DNA of 64,000 nt, from assembly GCA_048938105.1 (NCBI GenBank), contig JBHLMN010000001.1, positions 32,001 through 96,000 of the forward strand, given 5' to 3'. A program made the position numbers and the translations under genes. Shown in pieces: positions 25,001-34,000 of this stretch (position 1 is the first letter of the stretch; each line of letters opens with the position of its first letter). The notes below the pieces were generated by a model. That model did no database searches. It was not told where the DNA came from and saw only the letters and a list, made by a program, of their open reading frames with translations. The stretch is from Promethearchaeota archaeon (GTDB lineage: Archaea > Asgardarchaeota > Heimdallarchaeia > Hodarchaeales > Hodarchaeaceae).

Positions 25001-28000
25001 GAAAATTGTGCCATTAGCATGTGAGCGATTACTTTCAGTATCATCTACAGTTACGCGTACTCTAAACAATTCATGCATAGTCAGATGTTTATTGGAGTAG
25101 AATAAAGAAGTACTACTCTCTTTGTAGAGATATTCAGAATCTGGAATAATGATATTGATGACATTTACACTTGGTTTTGTAATATCTAAATGTAGTTTAA
25201 AATCTGCAGAATTCGAGTTGCCCACCTGGTCATAGATTGTTATGGTATAGCTTCCTGTCTTATTTGTTGGCTGAATGGAATATTGCCATTGCCAATAACG
25301 AGCATGAGACGTGCCATTCTTTGTACTAGTATTATCATAATTATCTCCTCCAAAAATTTCAGGGAAAGATGCTTTTTTCACTCCAGAATTGATACTAGGA
25401 ATGGATTCTTCAGCAAGCACAGTTACTGTAAAGAGAGGAGTGCCTGTGCTTTTATTAGAATAATAAAGGAGTGTTTCGTTTACAGGATGCATGTATTCTT
25501 TGATTGCATCTTCTGTAAATCCTATTACTGTTATTGTTGGTTTTATTTTGTCTTTTAAGAAAGTTACAGTTTTTATATCTGTGTTGTTTACTCTATCTAC
25601 TCCAGTAATTATTATATTTGTCTCTGGGTAGGATTGTTCTAAATCATTGGCATGGATAGTATAAGTGGCTTCCCAAACTGGAGTCCCTACATCTTCTGGA
25701 GGGGAATCTCCAAAATGAGTGGTGAAATTTACAGTTAAATAACCAGAGTCCCCATCATTTATAGTTCCATTGATTACTACATCAACTCCACTAGGATCCA
25801 TGAGATTACTAAAGTAGAAGTATGTTCCAATAATATAAAGATAAGGACTTCCTGAGGGATTATCAACTAGATCAATAGCCACATTTGGTGCTGTATTATC
25901 CTCACGAAACTGGAATGTATCTATAAAGGAATTATTCACATTATCAGTGGCTGTATAAGTTATAGTGACATCATCATAAATGATAGAATCTCCTGAATCG
26001 ATCTTATACGTAAATGTCCAAGCATTTAGCGACCCACCTCGAATTGGGTCATTTCCAAATAATGTATTATCAGTAATAGAAAGCAATCCTGATCCGCTCC
26101 CATCACTGGCATCTCCACCCACTATAAAATCAGTTAAAGTCAGTCCCATATTATCGGAATAGAATCCATGATCTGAACTCCCATCATAATAGAGATAATC
26201 TGACAACTCGCTAGTACTTACTGGATTATAGGCAATACTTGGATTGGTGTTATCCTCTCTAAGTTCAAAAGAAGCAATAGCGGTATTTGCCACATTATCG
26301 GTAGCAGTATAAGTCACCGTAAAGGTACCATTCCCAGCATCCCCTTGATCAATGGCATAAGTAAAGATCCAGCTCGCTAAGGTGCCACCACGAGGGAGAT
26401 CATTCCCAAAAGCAGTATCATCCTCTATAGATAAAAGATCCGCTCCTCCATCGCTAGCTGTTCCTCCCACGATGAAATTAGTATCTACAGCACCCATGTT
26501 ATCTGAATAATAACCATGAGCAGAACTCCCATCATAATAGAGATAATTTGAAGACTCGCTAGTAGTTACTGGATTATGGGCAATACTTGGATTGGTGTTA
26601 TCTAATCGAAATTCAAAAGTATCACTAGCATTTATACTTGATGTTTCGACTATGAATGCAGTAAAAGTAATAATAAATGTATTAAAGATTGAATCAGATG
26701 AATTAATGGAATAAGTGAAACTCCATGTGTCACTTGTACCACTTAGGGAATCATTAAGGGGATTATTTCCAAAAGATGTATCATCCCTTACAATGAATAA
26801 AGTTCCTGTTTCTGTACTGACTGTTCCTCCAACAGTGAAATCGACTGAAGTACTTCCCATATTATCCGAATAATAACCAAAATCGGAACTCCCATCATAG
26901 TAAAGGTAGGGGGACGATTCTGATATAAAGGCTGAGTCAATAGTGATGATGATTTGGCCTACAAGCTCAATTGCATCATATTGAAATTCTAAATAGTTAC
27001 CAGCATTATTTATAATCCTAATTATAAATGTACCATTCTTATCTCCCCAATAATTAAAATCTTTAAGGTCAGGTAGCCCACTGGTATCATTTATTGCAAC
27101 TCCAAATGTGTTATTCTTATCCCATTCAATTTTCCAAAACCCACTATTATTAATATCTCCAGTATTAAGAACTGTGACAGTAAAGTAATCATTTTGCTGA
27201 CTATCAAAATAAATTGAAGAGCCATCAAAAAAGGCATTATCAAATGGAGCACCATCAGCTCTATCCCAATCTAAAGTAAAGCCTTCGGGGGAATCAGTAT
27301 CGACAATAACCCATTGTGTTGAATTATCACCTTCATTCCCGACATGATCTATTACTTTAAGGTCAACAGTATGATTTGCTTCAGTCATGGTATATTGTTT
27401 AGTTATCTCTGATTGCCATACAAATGCTGCTCCATCATAGCTAAATCCATAAGGAGAACCAGGTAATCCTGATCCAGTACCATCTGTCGCTGTTCCTCCT
27501 ACTGTAAAGTCAACGGTGGGATCATCATAATAATTAGTATTGGGAGCATAACCAATCGTTTTCGGATCTGCATCTAAAATTAACCAGTAACTACTTGGAT
27601 TAATGATATCACGACTAATAGTTATTGATGTGGTACCAGCATTCCCTAAGAGATCATAAACAGTGATAAGTAAGCTGCCACTCCATGAGTCAGCATTGGT
27701 GATATTGACTACTGGTACGTCATAGGTTCTTCCTGCTTCAGTATCCTCCGTATCATCAGTGCGGTCTTCAGGGGATCCTCCAAGATTAGCGGCTGCAATT
27801 GCATAATTCAACCCAACACCTGTTCCATCATCCGTGTTTACCCCCACAGTAAATTTCGCCTCACTTGAACCCATGTCGTCTCCATACCACCATATTGAAC
27901 CATTCCAATAGATGTAATCCTCTTGACCATTTGCAACTTCGTATTGGTGGGTATAATCTATAGTTGCAGAAGGAGCTGTATCGTCTAAAGTAATGTTATT

Positions 28001-31000
28001 AATTCCTGTAAAAGTGGTATTAGTTCTCCCAGCTTTGTCTCTGATAGTAATTGTAATAAAGGTTACCCCATCAGTATAGCTTGGATCAAGGTTGATAATT
28101 GAATAAAACGGACTAGATTGACCTTGACCTGCGTCACTTGCTTGATCACCGTTTAGATTACAGACCACTTGAATGGAGTATACATTAACTTCATTAAAAC
28201 TAATGCTATAATTTGCAAAACCAGTTTCTCCTTGATCATACCAATTTGGAGAGTAATCTGGTAAAATAAAGTTCGTTGTGATTGATTTAGGATTGATTGT
28301 ATCAACATGTACCTCATAGGAGCGATTAAAGAGGCCATAATTTCCTACTTTATCAACAGCTACAGCCCAAAAAGTGTAATCACCATCATCTCCTATATCG
28401 ACAGGATATACGAAGGGATCATCAGATGAATTATATGCATCAGGCGAATTATCATCAACATCGAAAACCACTGTGTTTATTCCAGAGGCACCATCAGCAA
28501 TCGGGGATGGATTGATTGAGAACCCGCTTCCATCTTGATCCCAACCAGCTACTGGAGATCCATCATTACCAGATGCGGTAATACTCGCCATCGTCGGACC
28601 AGTGGTGTCTGCTGTAGTGATAAGAGTTACTCTCTGACTTAATCCACATTGATTAATTATGTCGACTGTAATACTCCCTATAGCCCCTGTATTAGAATGA
28701 TAATTTTCAGAGAGATCAGTTGAAGAGAAGGGAGGAGACGAATCATTAACAGGTGAAGCAATTCCCCAACCCTCGCTGAATACCACACGCCAGGGTCCGC
28801 TATTTCCCCAGTCACCTGAACTATCCATTGATATACTCCATTCTGTATCACCTCCGTTTCCCAGAAAAAGTTCTCCCGAAGTGATATCAGACGAATCAGA
28901 TATCCAAGCGTAAGAAGGAGCCGCCAAAGTCCATATCCCTGTGCCAATTATATCTATATCCATTCCCGTTGGTGTTTCTGTGGAGTAATATACATCAATA
29001 TTGGGGGAAAATGTAGATGTAGCATTGTTACCTACATTGTCTACAACTTGGTACCAGATAGTATTGATGGTTTCGGCTGTAAGTGGGCACGAAACATTTG
29101 ATCCATCAGTAACAGAATCGCCATAAGTTCCTGTCGTATTAGACTTAATCTTTAGGATATAAATACCAGAGCCATCTTCAGTACGGTATACTGTAGCGTT
29201 AAAGGTTGAATCATCATAAAAAGCTTGTATAGTGGTGTTTCCTTTAGTCGGTAGGTATCCATCACCATTATTATCAGTATTGTCATAATAATCAGCAATC
29301 GATATTGCTGAAGGATCATCATTGTCCTCTCGAAACTCAAAAGTCATTATAGCAGTGTTGTTAACGAGATCGGTGGCTGTGTATTTCACCCTAAATATTC
29401 CATTCCCAAAATCTCCTTGGGTGATGTTATAAGTAAATGTCCAACTTGATAACGTCCCACCCATACCTGGATCTTTTCCAAAAGTAGTATTATCTACTAT
29501 AGATAAAAGACCCGCTCCTCCATCGCTAGCTGTGCCTCCTATGACAAAATCAGTACCTACAGGACCCATATTATCTGAATAATAACCATGAGTAGAACTC
29601 CCATCATAATACAGATAAGCAGAAGCCTCAGTTGTCGTACTGGAACTAAAATCAATCGTTGGGTCAGTATTGTCTTCACGAAACTCAAAGGAAGTGGTAA
29701 AGAAATTTCCCACATTATCAGTCGCATTGTAGGTTACCGAAAAGGTGCCGTTCCCAGCATCCCCTTGATCGATCTCATATGTAAATGTCCAGCTGGTTAA
29801 GGTACCACCACGAGGGAGATCATTCCCAAATGTAGTATCGTCCTCTATAGACAAAAGATCCGCTCCTCCATCGCTAGCTGTGCCTCCCACAACGAAATTA
29901 GTATCAATTGAATCCATGTTATCTGAATAATAACCATGAGTAGAACTACCATCATAATACAGATAGGGAGAATCCTCTGTTGTCGTACTGGTACTGATTC
30001 CAATAGTCGGATCAGTATTATCTTCCCGAAACTCAAAAGTTATGATATTGCTATTGTTCACCCTATCAATGGCTTTATAGGTCACTGTGAATGTCCCATT
30101 GTTCTTATCCCCTTGATCAATGGCATAAGTGAACGTCCAACTCGTAAGGGATCCCCCTCGTGGGGGATTATTCCCAAACGCAGTATCATCTTCGACTGCT
30201 AGCAATCCTACGCCTCCATCACTTGCAGTCCCTCCTATGATGAAATCATTATCCACAGAACCCATATTGTCCGAATAATAACCATAAGCAGCACTTCCCT
30301 CATAGTAGAGATAAGGAGACGATTCACTAGTTGCACCTGGATTATGTGTAATGGCAGGAATTGTATTGTCCTCTTTAAACTCAAAGTAAGCAGGTTTAGT
30401 ATTACCAACACGATCAGTGGCTGTGTACATAATTACGAACGTATGCTGGGCAGAGTCACCTGAAGTAATGCTATAAGTAAAGATCCAGTCCGTTAATGAT
30501 CCACTATTACTTGGATCAGTTCCAAATGTGGTATTATCAATTATTGAGAGTAAACCTGCGCCACCATCGCTTGCTGTGCCACCCACCACAAAATCAGTTG
30601 GCGTACTTCCCATATTATTCGAATAGTATCCATAAGCTGCAACGTTATCATAATAAAGGTAATTAGACGACTCACTTGTTGTACTTGGATCGTGATTATT
30701 AGTTGGATCAGTGTTATCTACACGAAATTCGAATAATGTTGTCCCATTATTACCTACATTATCAGTAGCAGTGTAAATGATGTTAAAGGTTCCTTCAGAG
30801 GAATCATCTGAATCGATGGTGTATGAAAAAGTCCAACTACTTAATGAACCACCTCTACTTGGGTTATCACCAAATGTAGTGGTATTATCGGTAACCAATT
30901 GCATACCTGCATCTGCATCATTAGCTGTTCCCCCAACAATAAACGTTACAGTTGTTAATTCCATGTTATCTGAGTAATACCCATGTGCAGAACTCCCATC

Positions 31001-34000
31001 ATAGTAGAGATATGGTGATGATTCACTCGTTGTACTTGGATTATGGCCAATTGTAGGATTGGTATTGTCTCGACTAATTAGTATTGTACATGAATTGTTA
31101 ATATTCCCAACTTGATCAGTTATAGTCAAAACAAGATTTATATTGGGCCCTATATCGGCTGAATTAATATCTACAACTGGGACATCATATGTTCTTCCTG
31201 CTTGAGTATCCTCTGTTTCATCCGTTCTTTCTGCAAGTGTTCCACCAAGATCGGAAGCAGCGCTTGCATTTTTTAAACCAGCACCAGTTCCATCACTTGC
31301 ATCGATTCCCACTGTAAAATTCGCTTCATTAAGTCCCATGTTTACTCCATACCACCATTTCGAGTTTGAAGCATCCCAATAGAGATATTCACCATATGCA
31401 GTCTCATATTGGTGTGAATAGTCTATTGTGGCCGAAGGGTTATCATTATCTTCTCGAAATTGAAAGGTTACGATATTGCTGTTGTTCACCTTATCAGTCG
31501 CTTTATAGGTCACTGTGAATGTCCCATTGTTCTTATCCCCTTGATCAATTGCATAAGTAAATGTCCAACTCGTAAGAGATCCCCCTCGTGGGGGATTATT
31601 CCCAAAGAAAGTATCATCCTCGATTGCTAATAATCCTACACCTCCATCACTTGCAGTCCCTCCTATGATGAAATTAGTATCTACAGGACCCATATTGTCC
31701 GAATAATAACCATAAGCAGCACTTCCCCCATAAAAGAGATAATCAGATGATTCACTAGTGGCACTCGGATTATGCGTAATAGTAGGATTAGTATTGTCTT
31801 CTCGAAACTGAAAAGAAGTAGTATTAGTATTTCCCACATGATCCTTGGCAGTATAGGTTATTAAAAATGTCCCATTATTCTTATCCCCTTGATCAATCTC
31901 ATAAGTAAAAGTCCAGCTGATTAAGAAACCACCTTGCGGGGGATTATTGCCAAAAGAAGTGTCATCCTCGATTGATAATAACCCCACACCCCCATCATCA
32001 CCTGCAGTTCCTCCTACGATGAAATTAGTATCTGCAGTTCCCATATTATCTGAATAATAACCATATCCCGAAGCGCTATCATAGAAAAGGAAATCAGAGG
32101 CCTCACTTGTTGTACTTGGATCGTGATCAATATTCGGAGCAGTGTTGTCCTCGTAAAACGTAAATGAAGTAGTCTTGGTATTACCTACTTTATCATTGAC
32201 TATATAATTTACAGTAAATGATCCAAACGAGGAATCACCTGAATCGATAGTGTACGCAAAAGTCCAAGCCGTTAATGAACCGCTATAACTTGGATTGTCC
32301 CCGAAAATTGTATTATCTTGAACATACTGTAGTCCTGCACCTCCATCACTAGCAGTGCCTCCTACATTGAATGTTTGTTTTGTACCCTCCATATTGTCTG
32401 AATAGTAACCATAATTAGAAAGAGTATCATAATAGAGATAGGGAGAGGTCTCATTAGTAGCACTGGGTTCGTGAGTGATGGTAGGATCATTGTTATCCTC
32501 TCGAAAAGTGAAAATAGTTATAGCAGTGTTGTTAACAAAGTCTGTTGCTGTATATTTCACTCTAAATGTCCCATTGTTCTTATCTCCTTGATCAATTACA
32601 TATGTAAATGACCAGCTTGCTAACGAGCCACCACGAGAGGGATCATTCCCAAAGCTGGTGTTATCCACAATAGATACTAGACCAGCCCCACTATCACTAG
32701 CTGTCCCTCCTACTACAAAATTGGTATCTATAACACCCATATTATCTGAATAATAACCATAAGCTGAACTCCCGTCATAATATAGATAATTAGAGGCCTC
32801 GCTCGTGGTACCGGGATTATGGGTGATGGTAGGATCGGTATTGTCCTCTCGGAATTCAAAGCTGACAGTATTACTGTTATTCACTCTATCAATGGCAATG
32901 TAAGTCACCGTAAAGGTGCTATTCCCTGCATCCCCTTGATCAATTTCATAAGTAAACGTCCAGCTGGTTAAGGTCCCACCACGAGGGAGATTATTCCCAA
33001 AAGTAGTATCATCTTCTATAGATAAAAGACCCGCTCCTCCATCGCTAGCTGTACCTCCCACGATAAAATCAGTATCTACAGAATCCATATTGTCTGAATA
33101 ATAACCATAAGTAGTACTCCCCTCGTAGTAAAGATAATCAGATGACTCGCTAGTGGTACCAGAGCTATGGGCAATTGTAGGATTGGTATTGTCTATCCTG
33201 AATTCGAATTCAGTAGTATTAGTATTTCCTACGTAGTCTGTAACGGTGTATGTTATAACAAACGTACCATAGGAGGTGTCTCCTGATGTAATTTCATAAG
33301 TATAGATCCAACTACTATATGATCCCCCCATAGAAGGATTTCCACCGAAATCTGTATTATCAGTAAGTGATGCAATTCCTGAGCCTTCATCGCTTGCAGT
33401 ACCACCTATTATGAAATCAGTCGGTGATGCCCCCATATTATCCGAATAATAGCCATATGTTGAGCTAGTATCGTAATAAAGATAATCTGATAATTCACTG
33501 GTCGTTGCAGGATTGTGCTCAATCGTAGGGGGAGCATTATCCCATCCAATGTCTGGAAGGCTTGCAGCCAGAGTTGGATCGATATAAACTTGAGGTCCAT
33601 AGACATTCTGAACTCCTTCTATGGCAGATCCCACCGTTATATCATCCCTTTCTTGGATAGTCCCAGCTGGGGGATTTTCTTCTACATCATTCCTTATTAA
33701 GCCTGTTGTTGCCCCATAAGCTCCAGTATTTCCAACATATCCAACATAAACCTCTCCAGCATACGGATTTGAAGTATAATTCCACACTGCAGAAACAGTA
33801 ATCCAGATCTCATCGTCTGACGCGTCATTATCCTCCCAAAACCGAGAACCATCATTATACTTATGACTAGATATAGTGATGGCTGTAATTTTGACACAAT
33901 CAACTGCCACTTCGACATTTGTGTTGTTAAGATAGTGGGTGGCGCCATCACCCGCAAGATCCACGACTGGATAGTAGGAATAATTCCCTACTGTAGATTC

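Noticed and set aside
25880-33540. Repeats as a CRISPR array or as DGR template/variable repeats
   Set aside because: The units are 348/351 bp, in frame and coding, with no spacers. No cas or reverse transcriptase gene is in the window, and the mismatches are not obviously adenine-specific.
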